Positions 24,644-34,118 of a stretch of 38,333 nt of DNA are shown piece after piece. The notes beneath the pieces are model-generated. The model saw only the letters and a list, made by a program, of their open reading frames with translations, made no database searches and was not told where the DNA came from. The DNA comes from a virus: positions 1 through 38,333 of IMG/VR virus record IMGVR_UViG_3300009960_000009, one strand, 5' to 3'. A program made the translations under genes and the position numbers. Position 1 is the first letter of the stretch. Each line of letters starts with the position of its first letter.

Positions 24644-24876
24644 AAGTCAATGACGTTGTGCAGTTCAATGAAAACCACAAATGGTGTGGTGCTTTGGGAA
24701 TCGTGAGTGAGATTAAAGAGCTCAAAAACGACACAAAGTATCTGATTGGCGTGCCGATTCCCGAAGCGGCTAGTGTTGGCATTGCCTATATTTTTGTCAT
24801 GGCGAGTGAGATGGCATTAGAGAGGATCGGCGTAGCAGAGCATGGAGAAAGCGGCAGGAGTGAAAATGAAAACTGA
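24631..24876 (+). CDS. Hypothetical protein.
   Basis: ORF between the two paralogues. Confidence 0.4.
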   Translation: MAKLKVNDVVQFNENHKWCGALGIVSEIKELKNDTKYLIGVPIPEAASVGIAYIFVMASEMALERIGVAEHGESGRSENEN

Positions 24877-25084
24877 CTTTAGTTCATCTAATAGTAGTTG
24901 GAATAGCGTAGCTATTGCCGCAATAATAGCTTTAGCAATTGTCGTCTTATTCGCCTTGTTGATCAAATCTGCGCAGGAGGTCGCTGATCAGCTAAATGAA
25001 AACGATAACACTTATGCCCGCTGTAAAACAGCTGGCGGTGAGATGGGCTACTCGAAATGTTACAAAAATGGAAAGGAAATCTAA
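24842..25084 (+). CDS. Small TM protein with C-terminal C-x10-C loop (ARCKTAGGEMGYSKCYKNGKEI), paralogue B.
   Basis: TM segment VAIAAIIALAIVVLFALLI. Same C-terminal motif. Confidence 0.5.
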   Translation: MEKAAGVKMKTDFSSSNSSWNSVAIAAIIALAIVVLFALLIKSAQEVADQLNENDNTYARCKTAGGEMGYSKCYKNGKEI

Positions 25085-25524
25085 TGCGTGAAATACAGTT
25101 CAGAGTTTGGGATAAGGCAAGCCGCAAGTACCTGCCACCCCGTCAGACGCTAATTGACGGCAAGGGCAATCTACTCAATCTCTTAGAGAGCGATAATAAC
25201 TGTATTATTGGGACTGTATGTCGAACTGGTTGTTTAAGACGCAATCGAGAACCTGAACTCATTATCGAACAATCTACAGGATTAACAGACAAAGATGGTA
25301 TAGAGATTTATGAGGGCGATATTGTTCAATACTATCCCCGCCACAACGGCGTTCCATATAGAGTTTACTGGGCTGATGAGTCTGCCAAATTTCTCATAGG
25401 TCGCAAAGGTGTGGTTGGTCAAGAACTATCTTCTATTATGTACAACTTGGATACAGGTCGTATTGCATTAGAGGTTATTGGAAATATTCACGAAAACCCT
25501 GAGTTGCTGGAGGAGGAGAAATGA
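25084..25524 (+). CDS. YopX-family phage protein.
   Basis: MREIQFRVWDK...STGLTDKDGIEIYEGDIV...EVIGNIHENPELLE is the YopX signature. GGAAAGGAAA RBS. Confidence 0.75.
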   Translation: MREIQFRVWDKASRKYLPPRQTLIDGKGNLLNLLESDNNCIIGTVCRTGCLRRNREPELIIEQSTGLTDKDGIEIYEGDIVQYYPRHNGVPYRVYWADESAKFLIGRKGVVGQELSSIMYNLDTGRIALEVIGNIHENPELLEEEK

Positions 25525-25961
25525 CCGACCTAAAGCTACCAGGTGACCCTCGCTCGCTATCGTGCAATGATGGACACGATTTGTGTTACTGTGCTGGTCG
25601 TCCAGAGTGCCATAACTGCGGCCAGCCGCTATGGGACGACTACGTTAAAGAACCGCTAGACCATAGCAGCTACAACTATAACCATGCAGAGTGTTGTGAC
25701 CTGGTTTTGAGCCATTTTACCTACGACGATTGGGAAATAGGCGATGATGACAAGTTGCGGATGCACGATTATGTTTTGGTTATCTATCCAAATGCGGAGA
25801 CCGGCAATAAGATTAATATTGTCTGTCAGATTGTAGAGATGTTTGGCGTGGGACTACCAGCGCTTAGAGTCTTAGAGACTGGCGATAGAACAAGCATCAT
25901 GGGTGCGTATATTACAAAATGCCGCCTTGTGCGGATTAAGAAGCCAGAGGAGAAACAATAA
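25521..25961 (+). CDS. Cys-rich protein with a putative zinc-binding N-terminus.
   Basis: CNDGHDLCYCAGRPECHNCGQP...HAECCD. Confidence 0.45.
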   Translation: MTDLKLPGDPRSLSCNDGHDLCYCAGRPECHNCGQPLWDDYVKEPLDHSSYNYNHAECCDLVLSHFTYDDWEIGDDDKLRMHDYVLVIYPNAETGNKINIVCQIVEMFGVGLPALRVLETGDRTSIMGAYITKCRLVRIKKPEEKQ

Positions 25962-25977
25962 TGCAGACAGTAAAGAA

Positions 25978-26232
25978 ATGAAACAAGAAGCTACGATATT
26001 CAAACTTAGCTATGGTGGCTTTAGCGTCGGCGACGAAGTCTATTATCCAATCGTCGAAAATGAGTATGGGCTCGGTACAGTTGTTGCTGGGAAGATAGAG
26101 CGGAAACGTTGCTCAAAGATACCACTTCTGCCTTTTATGCGTGATACCGCTGCTCTGATTGTCAAAGTAGGAAATCACTATTTCGAGAAGCCTGCGCATA
26201 AGTGTTACAAGGCTACTGAATATAATCACTAG
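25978..26232 (+). CDS. Hypothetical protein, paralogue of 26245..26580.
   Basis: SYGGFSVGDEVYYP..YGLGTVVAGKIE compares with DFDGLAVGDKVYFN..YGLGVVVAGGV. Confidence 0.45.
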   Translation: MKQEATIFKLSYGGFSVGDEVYYPIVENEYGLGTVVAGKIERKRCSKIPLLPFMRDTAALIVKVGNHYFEKPAHKCYKATEYNH

Positions 26233-26244
26233 TAAGGAGATGAT

Positions 26245-26580
26245 ATGTTACCAATCAGTAAAGATTTGAAAAATAAAATAGACAGGAGTATGTTAATTGA
26301 TGACTTTGACGGGCTTGCTGTCGGTGACAAAGTGTATTTCAATTATCGAGATGAAAGAAAAATTCGTCCCGACAGATATGGACTTGGCGTTGTTGTTGCT
26401 GGCGGAGTAACCGAGGAGCAACATACTACGCGCCTACTTGATGGACTCTTCGTAATATTCAAAACTCGAAAAGTTACCAAGGTGCTGGTTGAAATGAAAG
26501 ATGGCGAGAACACTGAACGCTTTTTGAGGAAGCCGAGTGAGTGTTTCAAAGTAGTTGGCGGAGGAAGTAGCAATGCCTAA
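26245..26580 (+). CDS. Hypothetical protein, paralogue of 25978..26232.
   Basis: Shared VGD.VY....YGLG.VVAG motif. AAGGAG RBS. Confidence 0.5.
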   Translation: MLPISKDLKNKIDRSMLIDDFDGLAVGDKVYFNYRDERKIRPDRYGLGVVVAGGVTEEQHTTRLLDGLFVIFKTRKVTKVLVEMKDGENTERFLRKPSECFKVVGGGSSNA

Positions 26581-26998
26581 TCTCGCAAACATAGACAACC
26601 CGACCGAGGATCAAGAGCAAGAAGCATTTGTGCAGTGGCTGCGGCTGAAAGGTTACCCACATTTTAGAGTACCTAACGAGACCTACACCAAAAGCCACAA
26701 ACAGCGAATCAAAAACAAAAAGCTTGGCGTAAGTTCTGGCGTGCCAGACTTGGCCGTAGTTGTGCCGAACACAGGAACACGACGAATCTACGTAGAAACA
26801 CTTGATAGCGACGATAGCGCTGATTACGACCAGCCTATTAACCGCTTGGTGTTCATCGAAATGAAACGCAGGAAAGGAGGCGTAACGTCAGCAAATCAAA
26901 AGAAGTGGATTAAAACGCTCAATGAGGCCGGCATTCAGACTGTTGTTTGCAAGGGCTGTGATGCAGCAACTGAGTTTATTGAATCAATAACTAAATAG
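26573..26998 (+). CDS. VRR-NUC domain nuclease (PD-(D/E)xK).
   Basis: EQEAFVQWL...GVPDLAVVVP...FIEMKRRKGG.S.NQKKWI...VCKG. GGAGG RBS. Confidence 0.75.
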   Translation: MPNLANIDNPTEDQEQEAFVQWLRLKGYPHFRVPNETYTKSHKQRIKNKKLGVSSGVPDLAVVVPNTGTRRIYVETLDSDDSADYDQPINRLVFIEMKRRKGGVTSANQKKWIKTLNEAGIQTVVCKGCDAATEFIESITK

Positions 26999-27007
26999 AA
27001 GGCTAAA

Positions 27008-27346
27008 ATGTCTAAAGTCAAAATAATCTATGAGATGAAAAATTTCATAAGTCATACAGCGACTTCTTACATTAGCAAACTGCAAACATATTGTATCTAT
27101 TGTAATTCATATCGAAATGAGTGGTTCGGTGTTAAGGGGTTTATATATAGAAGAGGGAGATGCTTTTACTGTAGAGTTGATCGTCTAGATAGGCTTTATG
27201 GCCCGAGCATGACAGCAAAAATGGTTAAACAGCTAAGAAAACATTATATATCACCGCTACCAAATCATAGAGAGACTAAAAGGCTGTATAGGCATATCAA
27301 TAGACGTACAAGGAAAGGCATCTATCGTTGGTGGGTATCGTGTTGA
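27008..27346 (+). CDS. Zinc-ribbon basic protein. Possible late-gene regulator.
   Basis: CIYCNSY...CFYCRV C4 arrangement. Basic C-terminus. Last gene of the early arm. Confidence 0.4.
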   Translation: MSKVKIIYEMKNFISHTATSYISKLQTYCIYCNSYRNEWFGVKGFIYRRGRCFYCRVDRLDRLYGPSMTAKMVKQLRKHYISPLPNHRETKRLYRHINRRTRKGIYRWWVSC

Positions 27347-27534
27347 TTCAGCTGCATTTTCTGTCTTCCAAGGCATTCACTATCGTATAGGTCCAGTTTT
27401 ATAAGCCAATTACGTACAGTGTTGTGTGCTACTCCTAATTCTGCCGCGACTTTTCTGAGCGGTTGCCGTACACCATTTTTCCAATAAGCAGCAATAAGTC
27501 GATTACGGCTCATCGGTATTTTACGGTAGGACAT
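27322..27534 (-). CDS. Small HTH DNA-binding protein.
   Basis: RQPLRKVAAELGVAHNTVRNWL is an HTH. Confidence 0.5.
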   Translation of the reverse strand: MSYRKIPMSRNRLIAAYWKNGVRQPLRKVAAELGVAHNTVRNWLIKLDLYDSECLGRQKMQLNQHDTHQR

Positions 27535-27545
27535 GCATATATCAT

Positions 27546-27577
27546 AAAATAGGTAGTCAATAAAGGCTACCTATTTT
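27546..27577. terminator. Bidirectional rho-independent terminator: AAAATAGGTAG-(10 nt)-CTACCTATTTT.
   Basis: Perfect 11-bp stem with an A-run and a T-run, directly after the stop of the capsid-like gene. Confidence 0.7.
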
Positions 27578-27593
27578 AAGTCAGCTACTATTA

Positions 27594-28673
27594 CTAGGCT
27601 ATCTTTGTGATTCCCGTAAGTTTGCCGTTACGGCGTGGATTGCGATGAATCAAATTACCTAGAACGACAAGAGCCGCAACTTCGCCAAGCTGATTGACTG
27701 GACTCAAGAAGTCTCGCATCTGCAAGAACGACGGCTTCTGGTCTTCCTTATTCGGGTTCTCAGTAACCTCAATCTTTGAGCTAATCTGCTTGAGGTCTGG
27801 GTCGATTAGTCGGTAGAAGTCTAAGTAATTCTCGTTAATCCAGTGGAATACACCCGACGGACACTTATCATCGGCAACAACGTTTTTGCCGCGATAGGTG
27901 ATTGAATCAGCTCCAAACGCCCCTTTCAAGCTGCTTGCAGGCACTGACACACCTACTGGAGTTTTACCAGTAACGCGGTTGTAGCCACTAATAGATACTG
28001 GATTGTAGCTGGCAGTTAGCTTACTGTTCATCAACTTCTCAAACATACTCCAGATAGCCTTGGTCGTGTAAGCAATGGTCGGAGCATCTTTGCTAATACC
28101 AGCGGCACTGACGTTATCAAACTCAGCAGATACCAGGTCTAGAGTTAGCGTGCCGCCAGCAGCAGCTGTTGTGTCGCCATTGATGAGTGGCAGATTAGCA
28201 CGTGAAACTCCACCATAGCTTGAAGTCGCAGTACCGTTGTCTGTGATTAGCCCTAAACCTTCCAGATTCTTACCAACACCGTAGCCATAGAACTGGTCGC
28301 CGAGAGAATCAATCACTGAATCTTTCGCCTCGTCAATTTGAGCTGCCAGCAAGTCAACTGCCTTTTTATTACCAGCACCATTGATAGCCTTCTCGACAGA
28401 TGACATCACGATTGGCTGTACATATCCCTTGACATACCACGTCAGACTACGTACGTTATTGGTCATTGAGGTGTCAAACTCATCAAGCCCATCAAACGCC
28501 GTACCGGTTGTAGAATTAGCTACGCGCACTGGTTGGCTAATAGTTTTACCTTTCCAGTTTTTTGGATTTGACGTTACTCGCGACGTCAAGATATTCGAGT
28601 TATTCACCAAATCGACGACGTTCGGCAAAATCTCGTTATACGTGAATTCGGTTACTCTCTCCGAAAACTTCAT
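27594..28673 (-). CDS. Putative major capsid protein, tentative.
   Basis: 359 aa, Gly/Ser/Thr-rich. Last large gene of the late operon, followed by a strong terminator. No motif-level proof. Confidence 0.35.
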   Translation of the reverse strand: MKFSERVTEFTYNEILPNVVDLVNNSNILTSRVTSNPKNWKGKTISQPVRVANSTTGTAFDGLDEFDTSMTNNVRSLTWYVKGYVQPIVMSSVEKAINGAGNKKAVDLLAAQIDEAKDSVIDSLGDQFYGYGVGKNLEGLGLITDNGTATSSYGGVSRANLPLINGDTTAAAGGTLTLDLVSAEFDNVSAAGISKDAPTIAYTTKAIWSMFEKLMNSKLTASYNPVSISGYNRVTGKTPVGVSVPASSLKGAFGADSITYRGKNVVADDKCPSGVFHWINENYLDFYRLIDPDLKQISSKIEVTENPNKEDQKPSFLQMRDFLSPVNQLGEVAALVVLGNLIHRNPRRNGKLTGITKIA

Positions 28674-28746
28674 TTTATTCTCCTTAATTAGGTTTTATAC
28701 TTTGATATTACCACAAGAATACATTTATATTCTGAGCGTTTTTGCA

Positions 28747-30507
28747 TTATTTTGCTTGCAAAATAGCCATCAAGTTGTCAATTTTCTTTTTAGCCACCTT
28801 ATTATCATCTGTGTTTTTCGGTAACATATCTAGCGCCGCTTGGACATCGCGGTCAGATAGCTGTCCACTGTCGCCCATAGCTTTAATTATTTTAACCGCT
28901 GCGCCTCTGGATTGCGCTGAGTACGTTTCAGCAGCTGGATTATAACCGCCGCCAGTAGCTTTATTCAGCAAATTAGTGAGCGTACCGCCAGCAACACCCT
29001 GTCCGCCGCCACCCTCGTTATACACACCCATCAGCGTGTTTAGTGTAGATATTGCATTCTGCTTTTTAGTATCATCTGTATCCTTACCTTTAGAGCTGTT
29101 CTTAACCTTTGCAGCACTCAATGCTCGAGCTTCGTTTTTATCCATTAGGTCAATAATGGAGCCAATAGCTTGAGCTGCTTTTGGATTATTATCCATTAAA
29201 GCTTTAACGTAGCCGTCCTCAAGCTGTTTTCTTGTGTAGCCGCCTACCGTCATCTCGCCCATACTATTGGTTATCGGCATCGTACCGCCGCTCAAAGAAG
29301 ATGCTTTGTCCGATGTGTCTCTTTGTGAAGAACCTGTCATATTAGCATTAACGCCAGAGATATCGCTAGCTTTTGCGATATCCTTATTATCATTATTTTT
29401 TACAGAGGCGGCCGCTAATAAGCCAGCACCACCAGCCCCAATTGCTGCTGATTTTTTGAGCTTCTCTTGGGCTGTGCCCTCTTGGAACTCACGACCGACT
29501 TTTCGCATAGTTTCACCGACTTTTTGCGTGGCACGTTCTACTGGCTGCGCTAGAAAAGCATCTGCAGCTCTTCCGACAACTGGCACATCTCTAACTGCGC
29601 GCGAGAATGAGCCTCCGCCTTTCGTCTGATCGTTTCTCTCTAATATCTTAGATAGATCAACAAAATCTCGTTTGGAACTACGGAAGTTAGCAATGGTGCG
29701 CTCTTCGGCCGGCGTCTCGGCATATTCTTTAGCTAGACGCTCGTATGCCTCGGCTTTTGTCTTATCTCCTTCGCGAAGAGCCTTTTGCGACCGATATAAG
29801 AATTCATTGCTAACGTTATCGTAAGCCTCATTAATATATTTTGGGTCAACGCCAGCATCAATCCTCTCGTCTATTAGAGACCCAAGCTTACCATAGAATT
29901 TTCCCTCTTCGCCCCTAACGGCATTTTCAGAGGCAGACCTTTTTATATTAGTGGACATTCTCTTTAGAATATTAGCCTTTTCGATCGGGTCGGCTTCGTC
30001 GAATAATTCTCCGCCCAAACTGCTCATGCTATCGCGCGCTTTTCGGATCTGCGGCCCAAGATCATTTAAATCAACATTGTTACCGTGTCCAAGGTTAGAA
30101 CGTATAGCGTCTGTCACCTCATCAAGATACGCACGCGATTCCTTGTTACCAGTTAATTCTTTAGCAAAACTTCGTAAGTCCTCTAAATTACTCATGCCAG
30201 TGCGATCAAACAGTTCGCCTATTTTTTCGTAAGTGCCAGGACCTATTTCTCTCATGTCTTTTTTGCCGAGAGCGAACGGAGCGTTTAACGCTGTGTCTGA
30301 TGCACGAACAAGCGCATCGCCTACCTTAGACTTTTTAGCGCTGCTTGCTACAGAATCGCCAATACTAGACAGCACGCTTCGCGCTGCGTCGTCGCCATAT
30401 TCAGTAGCGACATTGCGCAAAACATCGTCGCCATATTCAGAAGCTAGGCGAGAAGCAGCTTTGCCTCCGCCTTTTGATAATAGTCTATTTAATACTCCAC
30501 CAAACAT
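28747..30507 (-). CDS. Large hypothetical virion protein (586 aa).
   Basis: ORF in the structural arm. Charged and helical with Gly-rich stretches. Confidence 0.5.
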   Translation of the reverse strand: MFGGVLNRLLSKGGGKAASRLASEYGDDVLRNVATEYGDDAARSVLSSIGDSVASSAKKSKVGDALVRASDTALNAPFALGKKDMREIGPGTYEKIGELFDRTGMSNLEDLRSFAKELTGNKESRAYLDEVTDAIRSNLGHGNNVDLNDLGPQIRKARDSMSSLGGELFDEADPIEKANILKRMSTNIKRSASENAVRGEEGKFYGKLGSLIDERIDAGVDPKYINEAYDNVSNEFLYRSQKALREGDKTKAEAYERLAKEYAETPAEERTIANFRSSKRDFVDLSKILERNDQTKGGGSFSRAVRDVPVVGRAADAFLAQPVERATQKVGETMRKVGREFQEGTAQEKLKKSAAIGAGGAGLLAAASVKNNDNKDIAKASDISGVNANMTGSSQRDTSDKASSLSGGTMPITNSMGEMTVGGYTRKQLEDGYVKALMDNNPKAAQAIGSIIDLMDKNEARALSAAKVKNSSKGKDTDDTKKQNAISTLNTLMGVYNEGGGGQGVAGGTLTNLLNKATGGGYNPAAETYSAQSRGAAVKIIKAMGDSGQLSDRDVQAALDMLPKNTDDNKVAKKKIDNLMAILQAK

Positions 30508-31559
30508 TAATAGCCTCCTTGTTGTGCTCGTTTCATTAGTTCCTGCAACTCTTGATAGCTAGGCGTATATCCAAGCTGCTGTTGTACCTGGCGAGATAAT
30601 TGATTCATTGCATCATTCTGCGTATCAAACTGCTGCTGAAGCCCTGGCTGCTGCTGTCCGCCGCCAAATGCTCCGAGCAATTTACTGCCGCCAAACAATG
30701 CGCCGCCGCCCAAAGCTAGTTTACCCATATTTGATTTTGGCAACAAATTCTGACGCCCAACACTACGTAAGGTCTGACTACTTGGGTCGGCCGCCATCAT
30801 CGCTGCTTGGAGTGGATTAATCCCACCAGCCGTCAGCCCCCTGTAAGTACCTTCAGGATTATATTCAGCAGCGCCGCGCTTTAGCAGCATATTACCGCCA
30901 GCTTTCTGTACAAGCGGGATAGCACCGCCAAGAGCGCCGCCCATACCAGCCTGCTTAAGTGCATCTCCAAAATTAGTTTCTGCACCGCCTTGGCGATAAG
31001 CCTCAGCGCCGCCCATACCAGCGCCTATCAGAGCACTTCCAAGAGGCGATTCGCTCATCGTCTTAGCAGCTGCGCCTAGCTTACCGAGCTTACTGCCTGC
31101 ACCAGCAATCTTGCCAAGAGCGCCCGCTCCAAACGGTATTAGTGATAACGCAGTCTCTACGCCAGCGCCAATATCGCTAGCTACATCGCGCTTATTGGTG
31201 TCATAATTACCAGTAACTAGGTCGCCTACCGCTGTTGCTGTTTGTGCGGCCGGATTAAGCAGCATGCCAAGCAGTCCGTTGCCAAAGTAGTCATTCTTAC
31301 GCTCTTTATTTTCCTGATCGTATAGCTTATTTATTTGCCCATACTGATTGCCGAGTGAGCCGCGCTTCTGGTCTAGACTATTAAACTCGTTGATACGCTT
31401 CGCCTGCTCATCACGGCCGAGCTTATCCCAGTCAACGTTCTCAATATTCTGCTTATAATAATTATTAGCAGCATTATTAGCGTCGTTATACTGATTGTAC
31501 ATTTTATTTGTATCATCGTAATTTGTTTGTCTTTTGGTACCGAATAGCCAGTCGAACAT
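30507..31559 (-). CDS. Gly-rich hydrophobic-patch protein (possible tape-measure or ejection/internal protein). Start refined to MFDWLF.
   Basis: GGAGGCAATAAAATG RBS immediately after the stop of the upstream gene. GAGALGKIAGAGSKLGKLGAAAK Gly-zipper-like segments. Confidence 0.5.
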   Translation of the reverse strand: MFDWLFGTKRQTNYDDTNKMYNQYNDANNAANNYYKQNIENVDWDKLGRDEQAKRINEFNSLDQKRGSLGNQYGQINKLYDQENKERKNDYFGNGLLGMLLNPAAQTATAVGDLVTGNYDTNKRDVASDIGAGVETALSLIPFGAGALGKIAGAGSKLGKLGAAAKTMSESPLGSALIGAGMGGAEAYRQGGAETNFGDALKQAGMGGALGGAIPLVQKAGGNMLLKRGAAEYNPEGTYRGLTAGGINPLQAAMMAADPSSQTLRSVGRQNLLPKSNMGKLALGGGALFGGSKLLGAFGGGQQQPGLQQQFDTQNDAMNQLSRQVQQQLGYTPSYQELQELMKRAQQGGY

Positions 31560-31560
31560 T

Positions 31561-32463
31561 TTATTGCCTCCAGAAGTCGCCATTAAATAGCATAAATGGT
31601 GTAGATAGTATCTGCTGCAATGGATTGGCGCTATTATAAGCTCTACGCATAGCCGAGCCGCTCGGACGGCTATTTCCACCGCTGTTTCTAGGTGCGCTAT
31701 ATCCTCCACCGCCATTGTTAGTCGGGCGGTTCAATCCAGCAATACGTTCGTTGCTATCTGTCAAATATTTCTGCAGAGCATAGTTAGTCGCTCTATCAGC
31801 AGCCGCACGAGTGTTCGCCTGCTGTTCTTTCCAGCGGTCCAACGCCATTTGGTCTTGTGCAAGCTGCCATTTATCTCGTGCGCCGTACTGGTCTGCCAAT
31901 AATCCGCGGTCTTGCTGGTTTTGACTGTATGTAGTATTGCGCTGTCCAAGCAGAGTTTGCCAAGCATTTTGCAGTGCATTAACGACGTTCCAGTCGCGCG
32001 CGTCATTACCCTGCGCGGTAAACATGGCTTCTTTTAGTCCTCTATCAGACAATCGATTATAGTCATCAGATGTATTTTGGTAATTAGTGCTCAGTAGATT
32101 TAGGGTGTTACCCATAGCCGCTCGCTGATCGCCTAGCGCGCGCTCTCGCTGCGCCGCCGTCATGGTAGTACCACCAAACTGCTGTCTGATAGTCTCGGGC
32201 AGTTTATTGATAGTGGTATTCATCTGATTTACCGCATCACGCGCCTCTTGATATGCGCCCTGAGCTTTTTTCATCTCTGGCGTGTCAAAATACTGCCCGC
32301 GCGCTTGATTGTAAATATCACCAAAACTACGATGCTGATACTTATCTAGCCCAGCGTTAAATTTATCACCAGCCTGGTCGGCTTGCTGCTGATATTGGTT
32401 GTATGTGTTTCTACTAGTGTTTACATCATTCTGAGCTCGCGCTATTCGACCTTCAAAACCCAT
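31561..32463 (-). CDS. Gln-rich coiled-coil protein, paralogue 1.
   Basis: AAAGGAG RBS. QQFGGTTMTAAQRERA motif shared with 32521..33357. Confidence 0.55.
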   Translation of the reverse strand: MGFEGRIARAQNDVNTSRNTYNQYQQQADQAGDKFNAGLDKYQHRSFGDIYNQARGQYFDTPEMKKAQGAYQEARDAVNQMNTTINKLPETIRQQFGGTTMTAAQRERALGDQRAAMGNTLNLLSTNYQNTSDDYNRLSDRGLKEAMFTAQGNDARDWNVVNALQNAWQTLLGQRNTTYSQNQQDRGLLADQYGARDKWQLAQDQMALDRWKEQQANTRAAADRATNYALQKYLTDSNERIAGLNRPTNNGGGGYSAPRNSGGNSRPSGSAMRRAYNSANPLQQILSTPFMLFNGDFWRQ

Positions 32464-32520
32464 TATTATTAGCTCCTTTATCTAAAGTTTACCACGGCAA
32501 TAATAATATCCATTGTGCGT

Positions 32521-33357
32521 TTAATCAACATATATGCCTCGAGACATTCGCGAAGTAAATTCTCGAGCAGATAATTTATTCTGCCTGAATAACGACGAAT
32601 CATCTGCAAATCTTTGTCTAGCTGCTCTACTGTCTCTAGCTCGCTGCTCCGCCCAATCATTCGCAGCACGCATAGAACTTGACATCGCAGCTCGCTGCTG
32701 TGCTGCAAACTGATTTTGCCATGCCACGAACTCGCGCTGCCTTTGCATAATCTCTTGCTGCATGCGCCAATTCTGATACTCATTCTGCGTCTGCCGTAAT
32801 TGGCTCTGGCTCGTCCAGTACATCTTGTTCCACTGCTCTTCATTTTTGATAGCAGCTTTCCATATATCGAACTTCTTGCGCACCACCTTCCAATATCGGT
32901 CGTAGTCCTTGTTGGCCACATCCATCGATGTATTAAACGCATCTTCCACCTTTTTGTTATAATCTGCAAACTGTGTCTGATATGCTGCGTTATATTGCGT
33001 GAACTGGCTCGACAGCTCCTGGTTTTGCTGTTGCTTAGCTCGCTCGCGCTGCGCCGCCGTTAAAAAAGTACCGCCAAACTGCTGGTTTATCGATTCAGAT
33101 AATTTGTCAATTCTGGTGCGTAAGGCATCGACCGCTTCTTTAGTGTTTTGCCATGTACTCTTTGCGGCACGTATTTCGGCCGTATCTTGATATTGCTGTT
33201 TATATTTTTCGTAATACGTTTGAAAATTAGGCGCAGTGGTAATGGACTGATTATAATTATCCATTGCCTGGCCAGTCTCGCGTTGCGCGCGTTCATATGC
33301 GCCCCGTGTCTGGTCTACGTGCTGCTGAGCTTCCTGTATTCGCCGTTCAAAATCCAT
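32521..33357 (-). CDS. Gln-rich coiled-coil protein, paralogue 2.
   Basis: QQFGGTFLTAAQRERA. N-terminus MDFERRIQEAQ compares with MGFEGRIARAQ. Confidence 0.55.
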   Translation of the reverse strand: MDFERRIQEAQQHVDQTRGAYERAQRETGQAMDNYNQSITTAPNFQTYYEKYKQQYQDTAEIRAAKSTWQNTKEAVDALRTRIDKLSESINQQFGGTFLTAAQRERAKQQQNQELSSQFTQYNAAYQTQFADYNKKVEDAFNTSMDVANKDYDRYWKVVRKKFDIWKAAIKNEEQWNKMYWTSQSQLRQTQNEYQNWRMQQEIMQRQREFVAWQNQFAAQQRAAMSSSMRAANDWAEQRARDSRAARQRFADDSSLFRQNKLSAREFTSRMSRGIYVD

Positions 33358-33362
33358 ATTAT

Positions 33363-34118
33363 TTACCTAATAACAATGTCTCTATCTCTATAATACGGCA
33401 AGATGTAAAAAGTAAACTGGTACCAACTGCCAGTTAGGTCTGGCCAGAATTTCATATACCTATCAAAACCGCCCCAGGCGGCGCGCACGCTATGATGCAG
33501 TACTATTCCGTAAATTGTTGCGAAAATATAAATATTGGCAGTATCTGCCCTAATTTCAAATTCACTCCTAAAATAGCCTGAGTTTGCTGTGTTCTGATAT
33601 GGCACGTTATGGTAGGTCATTCCTTGTACTGACAGCGGCCAGGGGATTGGCGATTCAACACCATACAGCCTCGGAGGTAGTTCGACATAATCAGAATATG
33701 TTGGCGTTGGTAGGAGAACGACATTGTGTAAAATATTGCCGCTTGGATGCTCTCTATAAAAATATCGCATCTTTTCACCTCGCCTAGCTCGAGCGCTTCC
33801 TGTGACCATCAATAACGGTGTTCTACCCAAATGATGGGGTATCGTAGCTACTCGCCTGTTCTTTATAGCGACAAAATCCTCCTGGTGCCACTGGTTGTCT
33901 GCTACAAAGTTTATATTAAGAGGCGGCTCATTAAAAACAGCGCTATTCGTGCATACGACGCGGTGGGTTATCATCATTGGGTGCTCGCTAGTTATGTCGT
34001 GTCCGAATATCGGATATTTAGCATTAAAAATCTCATGCCCAGTAACTGGATCGAGCACTTTCATGCCATAATTTCTACCTAGAAAAATAGGGTGGTCATC
34101 GGGGATTGAGTAAGCCAT
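33363..34118 (-). CDS. Hypothetical virion protein, paralogue of 34118..34987.
   Basis: Shared N-terminal motif (FLGRNYGMKVLDP / ISRRNYGMKIAMP). Confidence 0.5.
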   Translation of the reverse strand: MAYSIPDDHPIFLGRNYGMKVLDPVTGHEIFNAKYPIFGHDITSEHPMMITHRVVCTNSAVFNEPPLNINFVADNQWHQEDFVAIKNRRVATIPHHLGRTPLLMVTGSARARRGEKMRYFYREHPSGNILHNVVLLPTPTYSDYVELPPRLYGVESPIPWPLSVQGMTYHNVPYQNTANSGYFRSEFEIRADTANIYIFATIYGIVLHHSVRAAWGGFDRYMKFWPDLTGSWYQFTFYILPYYRDRDIVIR

